A stretch of DNA of 64,000 nt, taken from Eledone cirrhosa (Eukaryota). The DNA lies in the NCBI GenBank assembly GCA_964016885.1, contig OZ024764.1, forward strand, positions 9,300,001 through 9,364,000, written 5' to 3'. The position numbers and the translations under genes are program-made. Below are positions 13,195 to 24,400 of this stretch, piece by piece (positions within the stretch are counted from its first letter, which is position 1; every line of letters starts with the position of its first letter). A model generated the notes under the pieces. It saw only the letters and a list, made by a program, of their open reading frames with translations, was not told where the DNA came from and made no database searches.

Positions 13195-15239
13195 TGTGGT
13201 TTGAATGGTGAGGCTGTGGAGAGAAAGAAGAAAACGTTAACTATATTTATATATGGTAGACAGGGGCTATCTACTTTCGGTGTTGTCTCGTCAGACATTG
13301 TGGTTTGAATGGTGAGGCTGTGGAGAGAAAGAAGAAAACGTAACTATATTTATATATGGTAGACAGGGGCTATCTACTTTCGGTGTTGTCTCGTCAGACA
13401 TTGTGGTTTGAATGGTGAGGCTGTGGAGAGAAAGAAGAAAACGTAACTATATTTATATATGGTAGACAGGGGCTATCTACTTTCGGTGTTGTCTCGTCAG
13501 ACATTGTGGTTTGAATGGTGAGGCTGTGGAGAGAAAGAAGAAAACGTAACTATATTTATATATGGTAGACAGGGGCTATCTACTTTCAGTGTTGTCTCGT
13601 CAGACATTGTGGTTTGAATGGTGAGGCTGTGGAGAGAAAGAAGAAAACGTAACTATATTTATATATGGTAGACAGGGGCTATCTACTTTCGGTGTTGTCT
13701 CGTCAGACATTGTGGTTTGAATGGTGAGGCTGTGGAGAGAAAGAAGAAAACGTAACTATATTTATATATGGTAGACAGGGGCTATCTACTTTCGGTGTTG
13801 TCTCGTCAGACATTGTGGTTTGAATGGTGAGGCTGTGGAGAGAAAGAAGAAAACGTAACTATATTTATATATGGTAGACAGGGGCTATCTACTTTCGGTG
13901 TTGTCTCGTCAGACATTGTGGTTTGAATGGTGAGGCTGTGGAGAGAAAGAAGAAAACGTAACTATATTTATATATGGTAGACAGGGGCTATCTACTTTCG
14001 GTGTTGTCTCGTCAGACATTGTGGTTTGAATGGTGAGGCTGTGGAGAGAAAGAAGAAAACGTAACTATATTTATATATGGTAGACAGGGGCTATCTACTT
14101 TCGGTGTTGTCTCGTCAGACATTGTGGTTTGAATGGTGAGGCTGTGGAGAGAAAGAAGAAAACGTAACTATATTTATATATGGTAGACAGGGGCTATCTA
14201 CTTTCGGTGTTGTCTCGTCAGACATTGTGGTTTGAATGGTGAGGCTGTGGAGAGAAAGAAGAAAACGTAACTATATTTATATATGGTAGACAGGGGCTAT
14301 CTACTTTCGGTGTTGTCTCGTCAGACATTGTGGTTTGAATGGTGAGGCTGTGGAGAGAAAGAAGAAAACGTAACTATATTTATATATGGTAGACAGGGGC
14401 TATCTACTTTCGGTGTTGTCTCGTCAGACATTGTGGTTTGAATGGTGAGGCTGTGGAGAGAAAGAAGAAAACGTAACTATATTTATATATGGTAGACAGG
14501 GGTTATCTACTTTCGGTGTTGTCTCGTCAGACATTGTGGTTTGAATGGTGAGGCTGTGGAGAGAAAGAAGAAAACGTAACTATATTTATATATGGTAGAC
14601 AGGGGCTATCTACTTTCGGTGTTGTCTCGTCAGACATTGTGGTTTGAATGGTGAGGCTGTGGAGAGAAAGAAGAAAACGTAACTATATTTATATATGGTA
14701 GACAGGGGCTATCTACTTTCGGTGTTGTCTCGTCAGACATTGTGGTTTGAATGGTGAGGCTGTGGAGAGAAAGAAGAAAACGTAACTATATTTATATATG
14801 GTAGACAGGGGCTATCTACTTTCGGTGTTGTCTCGTCAGACATTGTGGTTTGAATGGTGAGGCTGTGGAGAGAAAGAAGAAAACGTAACTATATTTATAT
14901 ATGGTAGACAGGGGCTATCTACTTTCGGTGTTGTCTCGTCAGACATTGTGGTTTGAATGGTGAGGCTGTGGAGAGAAAGAAGAAAACGTAACTATATTTA
15001 TATATGGTAGACAGGGGCTATCTACTTTCGGTGTTGTCTCGTCAGACATTGTGGTTTGAATGGTGAGGCTGTGGAGAGAAAGAAGAAAACGTAACTATAT
15101 TTATATATGGTAGACAGGGGCTATCTACTTTCGGTGTTGTCTCGTCAGACATTGTGGTTTGAATGGTGAGGCTGTGGAGAGAAAGAAGAAAACGTAACTA
15201 TATTTATATATGGTAGACGGGGGCTATCTACTTTCGGTG
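13171..15239 (-). repeat. 103-bp tandem repeat, about 20 near-identical copies, each containing the ARMT1 3' splice acceptor, 5'UTR and first 8 codons
   Basis: ACATTGTGG (ATG on the minus strand) at 13191, then 13295 and every 103 bp to 15149. Confidence 0.96.
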
Positions 15240-15528
15240 ATGTCTCACCACCCACTCGCTGTAAATGAGGTTGGTGTTAGGAAGGGCATCCAGCTGTAGA
15301 AAACCCGCCAGACAGTCCTATGCGAGCAAGACAATCACTCTTGCCTCAAGTGGGAAAACTCCCGTCCAAACCCATGCAAGCGTGGAACACGGACGTTAAA
15401 CGCTGATGATGATGATGATGATGATATACATATATATATAGGTAAAAGGTAAACAGAAATAACAACACCATCGGTACAGTATATGGAAGGGATATATTAG
15501 GTTAACGCTTGATATAGCAGGAAGAGGG

Positions 15529-15564
15529 TCTTAACGTTTTGGACGCTAGTCCTTCATCAGAAGA
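15529..15564 (-). ncRNA. Minimal hammerhead ribozyme, family A, degenerate (GAAA changed to AAAA)
   Basis: TCTT-CTGATGA-aGGACtagcGTCC-AAAACGTT-AAGA, within a repeat at about 15440-15660. Confidence 0.55.
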
Positions 15565-16505
15565 ATGAGAAATAAGATAGATTGAGGGGACGGGCCGGTT
15601 GCAATTAGAAAAAAATGTCTTTAGATAAAAATAACAGGTCCATTCATGTTGACATCCCCATACACACACACATATATATACCAGAGCTTAGCCGTCAGGG
15701 TCCTGAAACTTTTCATATATATATATAATAGAGTTTCTATTTTTGGCACAAGGCCACCGATTACCCCAGTGCACCACTGGTACTTGATTTTATCGACCTC
15801 GTAAGGATGAAAGGCAAAGTTAACCTCGGCGGGATTTGAACTCAGAACGCAAAGGGGCATAACTATGCTGCAAAACAGTGTCTGACGCTCTACCGATAGT
15901 GACAAATCACTGCCCTATATATATATAATAGGTTCGAGGAAGGAACGAGGGAGCACCCCCTCTCTGTGCTCCCAAGGAGAAGGGTTGCACACTTTTTTCG
16001 GGGGTGTGTGCGACCCCCCAAGGCGCCTCCTCTCTATTGAGGATTTTGTTATAATTTTATTTTTTGTTATATTTGATTTTATTTTTATATATTGTTATTG
16101 CCTCCTCCCTATTGAGGACGCCTTGTTTTGTAAACTCCCCCCATTGTACTTGTCCCACTTTTGATGCCCTGGTGGCAAATAAAAGAAACATATATATAAT
16201 AGGTTCCAGCGCATTAGCCTCGCCATCACCCGAGGTAACACTGCCAGTGTACTGGCTTGCCCAAAAAATCAGTACCCCTCGTTGCTGTCTTTTACTCTGG
16301 TGTTGGCTCGGTTGTTCACCCCTTCCTTTATATTTTCTTTAATATTGCAACATTAAAGGAATATATCCTTCTGAAAAAATCGCGAGTAATTTATAATTGT
16401 TTCTACTTTTAGCACAAGGCCAGCAATTATCCCAGTGCATTACTGGTACTTTATTTTATCGACCCCCGTAAGGATGAAAGATAAAGTTAACCTCGGCGGG
16501 ATTTA

Positions 16506-18225
16506 CCCCAGGCATGTCCAAATCTCACAGAAAATGTCGTCTGGTTGAAATACCGATATGTTATTTATTTAAATATATTTTGTGAAAATATACCCAGATT
16601 TAGTATATATATAAATATATATATACATACGTATACATACATATATATGTATGTATACATACACACGCACACATATATATATATATATATTATATATATA
16701 TATATGCATGTATACATACATTCATATATGTATACATGTATATATATTTGTAAAAACTGTGAAATTTATGTGTGGTAAACTTATATGGTTTGTATAAGAG
16801 AAGCCCTATAGTTTATGATGATTACTGATAAGTGATATATATATATATATATATAGATTGTTATAGAAATAGTGGACACCTTCCGTTACCTGGGTGACAA
16901 AATCAGCAGTGGGGGAGGGTGCTCTGAAAGTACAGTAGCTAGAGTCAGAACTGGATGGAAAAAGTTCAGAGAGCTTATACCACTATTGGCCGCTAAAGGG
17001 TTCTCTCTAAAAATGAAAGGCAGGTTGTATGATGCCTGCATACGAACAGCAATGTTGCATGGCAGTGAGACCTGGGCATTGTGTGCAGAGGATATACGCA
17101 GACTGGAGAGGAACGAAGCTTGCATGCTCCGCTGGATGTGTAATAGTAATATACGTGAATGGCAAAGCATAAATGAACTGAGAAATTAGGAATAAGAGGG
17201 ATCAGATGTTGTTTACTCGAGAGAAGACTACGTTGGTATGGTCAGGTGATGCGCATGAAAGACGACAGCTGTATAAAAAAGTGCAGGGCGATCAAAATAG
17301 ACGGTAGCTACGGAGTAGGCAGACCCAGAAAAACCTGGGACGACTTGGTAAATTCCGACCTCACACACTTACATCTCTCCAAGACAATGTCACTGGACCG
17401 AGATCTTTGGCGCTACACAGTCATACAGAAGACCCGCTTTGCCTAAATACAAAGCGAAACCTACAGTCAGTAGGCACCTCTAACAAAATAAACCCCCCCC
17501 CCCGTTCCAATACCCCCACCCCATTAAATGTGAAGTTATGTTGGTACCACAACATCCAGTCCGAAACAAATGAGGCCGTGTAGGTGTCACGACAAAAAAA
17601 AAACACACAGTCCTCGCTGTAATGTGGCCGTGTAGGTAACACGGTAAAAACCTCCCAATCCACACTGTAAACGTGGTTGGTGTTAGGAAGGGCATCCAGC
17701 CGTAGAAAATCCGCCAGACAGTCCTATGCGAGCAGGACAACCAATCTTGCCTCAAGTGGGAAAACTCCCGTCGAAACCCATGCGTGGAATATGGACGTTA
17801 AATGATGATGATTGTTAGTATATATACATATATATACTAACAAAATTAAATTAAAGATGTCATGTCTGAGAATATCAGAAACATGCGCCATAGAAATATA
17901 TATATATAACGAAGGAATTGTGGTAAGGAACCAGATGGACCACAACGCACAAGAGTACTCTATACTTAGGGTAGTAGAGTGGGTTTTCCTATTATATATA
18001 TATATATATATTCGGTGACTTGCGTATACATACATACAAATATATATATATATAAATTTTATTTACTGTTGTATAAAAGGAAATATAATAACACAATGCT
18101 TACAGAACGAAAGCACAAATAAATATACTAAATCTGGGTACATTTTCACAAAATATATTTAAATAAATAACATATCGGTATTTCAACCAGACGACATTTA
18201 CTGAGATATTTGGACACGCCTAGGG
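16506..18225. mobile_element. Non-autonomous TIR DNA transposon (piggyBac-like, TTAA end) with a nested RTE
   Basis: About 105-bp inverted repeats at 16506-16610 and 18123-18225, starting CCC. TTAA at 18226-18229 and TTTA at 16502-16505. Confidence 0.7.
16857..17812 (+). mobile_element. 5'-truncated RTE LINE family A (ORF2 C-terminus, 3'UTR, GAT tail)
   Basis: FRYLGD...GWKKFRELIPLL...AMLHGSETW...RLRWYG...GRPRKTW, frameshifted near 17185. Confidence 0.92.
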
Positions 18226-18490
18226 TTAAACGACAATGACAACAACGCTATATAAATATATATATATATACACAAGTAATTTGCTCACATGTATCTATAA
18301 ATGTTTCTCTGGAGATAAATTATACTCCAGTATTCCACAACCAAGCATTCGGCAAAAAGGTTTCTTTACAGTAAGACGACCAACAACTTGGTAATGGCGG
18401 TACTACAGAGTTATCTCCCTTGCTTGTTTTATGTATTAAATAAATGGTCCCTTGCATTTCATTGATGTAATAAACAACATAAGATAATTA

Positions 18491-18553
18491 TTTCATTTAC
18501 CAGTGGTGTCTTGTAGGCAGATATTTATATTTGTCTTCAGTCGTCAGAATGAA
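18491..18553 (-). ncRNA. Hammerhead ribozyme, family D, degenerate (GAAA changed to GACA)
   Basis: TTCATT-CTGACGA-stem II-GAC-ACCACTGGT-A-AATGAA; homologous to 33133-33192. Confidence 0.55.
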
Positions 18554-18669
18554 TAAATAACATAGTGTTTTTATTAAATATCTATTGTTTATTACGTAAC
18601 TAATAAGCTCTGTAGCCTACATAGAGCACTCTTTTTTCCTGGACCTTTCCTACGGAAATACTTTATATA

Positions 18670-18755
<86 letters not shown>

Positions 18756-18799
18756 GACATATATATATATATATATATATACATATATACACACACACA

Positions 18800-18882
<83 letters not shown>

Positions 18883-18952
18883 TCACATATATATATATAT
18901 ATTGACATACCCTTAAAGAATGCGACCATTAGTGTTGGAAGCTCCTGGATAG

Positions 18953-19279
18953 TGGCTTAGTGGTTAGAGCATTGGCCTTGCAATCGAAAGGTTGTGAGTT
19001 CAATTCTCAGACCAGGTGATGTGTTGTTTCCTTGAGCAAGACACTTTATTTCACATTGCTCCAGTTTACTCAGCTGTAGAAATGAGATGATAGGGACTGG
19101 GGTCCATATCATTCCACTGCAAAGTGGTCGTGGAGGTGCCACGGCAAAAAAGGACCTAGCACTCACTGTAAATGAGGTTGGTGTCAGGAAGGGCATCCAG
19201 CTGTAGAAATCAAGCCAGAATCAGTTCCCGTTCCACCCTTGCAAGCAGGGAAAAGCGGACGTAAAATGATGATGATGAT
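18953..19279 (+). mobile_element. tRNA-derived SINE family 1 (A/B boxes, CORE-like domain, RTE-derived tail)
   Basis: A-box TGGCTTAGTGG, B-box GAGTTCAATTC, CCTTGAGCAAGACACTT core and (GAT)n tail. Copies at about 36551-36915, 39536-39877 (-), 45811-46160, 58378-58710 and 62036-62342. Confidence 0.85.
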
Positions 19280-20238
19280 AGTGTGTTCTGTTATTATTTC
19301 TAGCAATATTATAACAATATGACCCTCCCCAAGTATAACAATATATATATACATATATATATATAACGAAGGAAATGTGGTAAGGAACCAGATGGACCAT
19401 AACGCACCAAAGTACTCAATACTTAGGGTAGTAGAGTGGGTAATAGGAACGAGTAGGACCCCGACGGCTGGTGCATTATGGTCCATCTGATTCCTTACCA
19501 CATTTCCTTCGTTATATATATATATGTATATATATATTGTTATACTTGGGGAGGGTCATATTGTTATAATATTGCTAGAAATAATAACAGAACACACTAT
19601 CATCATCATCATCATCATCATCATCGTTTAATGTCCATCTTCCACGCTAGCATGGGTTTGACGGGTGTTGTCCCACTTGAGGCAAGGTTCATCGGGTGAC
19701 CGTGTCTCGCTCGTATAGGACTATCTGGCAGGTTTTCTACAGCTGGATGCCCTACTTAACACCAACCACATTTACAGTGTGGGACTGGGAGGTTTTTACC
19801 GTGTTGCCTACACGGCCACATTACAGCGTGGACTGTGTGTTTTTTTTGTCGTGACACCTACATGACCTCGATCTCATTATCTCATTTATTTGAACTGGAT
19901 GTTGTGGTACCAACTTTACAGAGAGAGGGTGGTGTTGGTGGGAGTGGGAGGATAGGGTAGGGGTAGTGGATTGGGGTGTATATTTGGTTAAGAGGTGCCT
20001 ACTGACTGTAGGTTTCGCTTTGTACATAGGCAAAGCGGGTCTTCTGTATTACTGCGTAGCGCCAAAGATCTCGGTCCAATGACTATATATATATATATAT
20101 ATATATATATGCAGAGGTTATATTTAATTTGTTGGGATTCAACAAGCTTAAAAATTTTATAACTAATATAAAGCACTCAACAAGTTTTTTTTTTTTTTTT
20201 TTTCGGGTATGTCAATATTTATTTATAAACCAAATCTG

Positions 20239-20304
20239 TATTTTATCTGATGAAAGCGCACCATAATTTACCTTGGTTGCCCTTGAAATATATATAATAA
20301 AATA
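20239..20304 (+). ncRNA. Type I hammerhead ribozyme, family B
   Basis: TATTTTAT-CTGATGA-stem II-GAA-ATATATAT-A-ATAAAATA, with an 8-bp stem I and palindromic stem III. Confidence 0.7.
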
Positions 20305-20379
20305 AATATGGTTTTATAAATATAGTTTCCATTTATTAATATATTGTATATATATATATATCGAGAGAGAGGGGGAGGG

Positions 20380-20640
20380 GAGAAGAAGAAGAAGAAGACA
20401 AAAGAAGAAAAAGAAGAAGAAAAAGAAGAAGAAGAAGACATAAGAAGAAGAAGGAAAGAAGAAGAAAAAGAAAAAGAAGAAAAAGAAAAAGAAAAAGAAG
20501 AAGAAAAAGAAAAAGAAAAAGAAGAAGAAGAAGAAAAAGAAGAAGAAAAAGAAGAAGAAGAAGTTAAAGAAGAAGAAGACAAAAGAAGAAGAAGAAGAAG
20601 AAGAAGAAGAAGAATTAGGAAGGAAGAGGAAGGAAGGAAA
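20380..20640. repeat. (GAA/AAA)n polypurine tract
   Basis: Direct reading. Confidence 0.9.
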
Positions 20641-20759
20641 TGATGGACAGATCGACGCAGAATCCGTAGAGTGTCGGAATTTCCTCCAGCCTGGTCGTGT
20701 CCCCACATGGTGGGTACTGGTACTAGTGAAAGGTGTTACTACAACTACTGGGCAAGGAC

Positions 20760-21420
20760 ATGTGGTGGTGGTGGTGGGGTGTATGGTGGTGGTGGTGGTG
20801 AGGTGGTGTATGGTGGTGGTGGTGGGTGTATGATGGTGGTGAGGTGGTGTATGGTGGTGGTGGTGGGTGTATGGTGGTGGTGAGGTGGTGTATGGTGGTG
20901 GTGGTGGGTGTATGGTGGTGGGGTGTATGGTGGTGGTGGTGGGGTGTATGGTGGTGGTGGTGGTGGTGGTGGTGAGGTGGTGTATGGTGGTGGTGGTGGG
21001 TGTATGGTGGTGGGGTTTATGGTGGTGGTGGTGGGGTGTATGGTGGTGGTGGTGGTGGTGGTGGTGGTGGTGGTGGTGGTGGTGAGGTGGTGTATGTTGG
21101 TGGTGGTGGGGTGTATGGTGGTGGTGGTGGTGGTGGTGGTGGTGAGGTGGTGTATGGCGGTGGTGGTGGGGTGTATGGTGGTGGTGGTGGTGGTGGTGGT
21201 GGTGGTGGTGGTGGTGGTGAGGTGGTGTATGGTGGTGGTGGTGGTGTGTATGGTGGTGGTGTATGGTGGTGGTGGTGGTGGTGTGTATGGTAGTGGTGGT
21301 GGTGGTGTGTATGGTGGGGGTGTATGGTGGTGGTGTATGGTGGTGGTGTATGGTGTTGGGGTGGTAGTGGTGGGTGGGGGGGGTGGTGGTGGTGGTGGTG
21401 GGGGGGTATAATGGTGATAT
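20760..21420. repeat. (GGT)n-based low-complexity repeat
   Basis: Direct reading. Confidence 0.9.
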
Positions 21421-21449
21421 AATGGTGGGAGGTGGTGGGTTGATACCGG

Positions 21450-24400
21450 TGGTGTGTGGTGCTGTGTGGTGCTGTGTGGTGGTGTGTGCTGCTGTGTGGT
21501 GTTGTGTGGTGGTGTGTGGTGCTATGTGGTGGTGTGTGGTGGTGTGTGGTGGTGTGTGGTGCTGTGTGGTGGGATGTGGTGCTGTGTGGTGGTGTGTGGT
21601 GGTGTGTGGTAGAATGTGGTGCTGTGTGGTGGTGTGTGGTGGTGTGTGGTGCTATGTGGTGCTATGTGGTGGTGTGTGGTGGTGTGTGGTGGTGTGTGGT
21701 GCTATGTGATGGTGTGTGGTGCTGTGTGGTGGTGTGTGTGGTGGTGTGTGGTGGGATGTGGTGCTGTGTGGTGCTATGTGGTGGTGTGTGGTGCTGTGTG
21801 GTGCTGTGTGGTGGTGTGTGGTGGTGTGTGGTGCTGTGTGGTGGTGTGTGGTGCTGTGTGGTGGTGTGTGGTGCTATCTGGTGCTGTGTGGTGGTATGTG
21901 GTGGTGTGTGGTGCTATCTGGTGCTGTGTGGTGGTGTGTGGTGGTGTGTGGTGCTATGTGGTGGTGTGTGGTGCTGTGTGGTGGTGCTATGTGGTGGTGT
22001 GTGGTGCTGTGTGGTGGTGTGTGGTGGTGTGTGGTGCTGTGTGGTGGTGTGTGGTGGTATGTGGTGGTGTGTGGTGCTATGTGGTGGTGTGTGGTGGGAT
22101 GTGGTGCTGTGTGGTGGTGTGTGGTGCTATGTGGTGCTATGTGGTGGTGTGTGGTGGTGTGTGGTGCTGTGTGGTGGTGTGGTGATGTGTGGTGGTGTGT
22201 GGTGCTGTGTGGTGCTATGTGGTGGTGTGTGGTGGTGTGTGGTGCTGTGTGGTGGTGTGGTGATGTGTGGTGGTGTGTGGTGCTGTGTGGTGCTATGTGG
22301 TGGTGTGTGGTGGTGTGTGGTGCTATGTGGTGCTGTGTGGTGCTGTGTGGTGCTGTGTGGTGGTGTGTGGTGCTGTGTGGTGCTATGTGGTGGTGTGTGG
22401 TGGGATGTGGTGCTGTGTGGTGCTATGTGGTGGTGTGTGGTGGTGTGTGTGGTGGTGTGTGGTGGGATGTGGTGCTGTGTGGTGCTGTGTGGTGGTGTGT
22501 GTGGTGGTGTGTGGTGGGATGTGGTGCTGTGTGGTGCTATGTGGTGGTGTGTGGTGCTGTGTGGTGCTGTGTGGTGGTGTGTGGTGGGATGTGGTGCTGT
22601 GTGGTGCTATGTGGTGGTGTGTGGTGCTGTGTGGTGCTGTGTGGTGCTGTGTGGTGGGATGTGGTGCTGTGTGGTGGGATGTGGTGCTGTGTGGTGCTAT
22701 GTGGTGGTGTGTGGTGCTGTGTGGTGGTGTGTGGTGGTATGTGGTGGTGTGTGGTGCTGTGTGGTGGTGTGTGGTGGTATGTGGTGGTGTGTGGTGGTGT
22801 GTGGTGCTATGTGGTGCTATGTGGTGGTATGTGGTGCTGTGTGGTGCTGTGTGGTGCTGTGTGGTGGTGTGTGGTGCTGTGTGGTGGTATGTGGTGCTGT
22901 GTGGTGCTGTGTGGTGGTGTGTGGTGGTGTGTGGTGTGTGGTGATGTGTGGTGGGATGTGGTGCTGTGTGGTGGTGTGTGTGGTGGTGTGTGGTGGGATG
23001 TGGTGCTGTGTGGTGCTGTGTGGTGCTATGTGGTGCTGTGTGGTGCTGTGTGGTGCTGTGTGGTGGTGTGTGGTGCTGTGTGGTGGTGTGTGGTGGTGTG
23101 TGGTGGTGTGTGGTGCTGTGTGGTGCTATGTGGTGCTGTGTGGTGCTATGTGGTGGTGTGTGGTGCTATGTGGTGCTATGTGGTGGTGTGTGGTGCTATG
23201 TGGTGCTGTGTGGTGCTGTGTGGTGGGATGTGGTGCTATGTGGTGGTGTGTGGTGCTATGTGGTGCTGTGTGGTGCTATGTGGTGCTGTGTGGTGCTGTG
23301 TGGTGGTGTGTGGTGCTGTGTGGTGCTGTGTGGTGCTATGTGGTGGTATGTGGTGGTATGTGGTGGTGTGTGGTGTGTGGTGCTATGTGGTGGTATGTGG
23401 TGGTGTGTGGTGTTATGTGGTGATGTGTGGTGGTGTGTGGTGGTGTGTGGTGGTGTGTGGTGGTGTGTGGTGGTGTGTGGTGGTGTGTGGTGCTGTGTGG
23501 TGCTGTGTGGTGGTGTGTGGTGGTGTGTGGTGCTGTGTGGTGCTGTGTGGTGCTGTGTGGTGCTATGTGGTGCTGTGTGGTGCTGTGTGGTGCTATGTGG
23601 TGGTGTGTGGTGCTGTGTGGTGGTGTGTGGTGGTGTGTGGTGGGATGTGGTGCTGTGTGGTGGTATGTGGTGGTGTGTGGTGCTATGTGGTGCTATGTGG
23701 TGGTATGTGGTGGTGTGTGGTGTTATGTGGTGATGTGTGGTGGTGTGTGGTGGTGTGTGGTGCTGTGTGGTGGGATGTGGTGCTGTGTGGTGCTATGTGG
23801 TGGTGTATGGTGCTGTGTGGTGGTATGTGGTGGTGTGTGGTGCTGTGTGGTGCTGTGTGGTGCTGTGTGGTGGGATGTGGTGCTGTGTGGTGCTATGTGG
23901 TGGTGTGTGGTGCTGTGTGGTGGTGTGTGGTGGTATGTGGTGGTGTGTGGTGCTGAGTGGTGGTGTGTGGTGGTATGTGGTGGTGTGTGGTGGTGTGTGG
24001 TGCTATGTGGTGCTATGTGGTGGTATGTGGTGCTGTGTGGTGGTGTGTGGTGGTGTGTGGTGGTGTGTGGTGGTATGTGGTGCTGTGTGGTGCTGTGTGG
24101 TGGTGTGTGGTGCTGTGTGGTGCTGTGTGGTGGTGTGTGGTGGTGTGTGGTGCTGTGTGGTGCTGTGTGGTGCTGTGTGGTGCTATGTGGTGGTGTGTGG
24201 TGGTGTGTGGTGGTGTGTGGTGGTGTGTGGTGCTGTGTGGTGCTGTGTGGTGGTGTGTGGTGCTGTGTGGTGGTGTGTGGTGCTATGTGGTGGTGTGTGG
24301 TGCTGTGTGGTGGTGTGTGGTGGTGTGTGGTGGTGTGTGGTGCTGTGTGGTGGGATGTGGTGCTGTGTGGTGCTATGTGGTGCTATGTGGTGGTGTGTGG

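Noticed and set aside
5253-15239. CRISPR-like appearance of the 49-, 116- and 103-bp arrays
   Set aside because: Units are contiguous with no unique spacers, no cas genes are present, and the context is eukaryotic.
20641-20760. Short complex-sequence island between simple repeats, a possible exon
   Set aside because: No recognisable protein motif or convincing splice pair.
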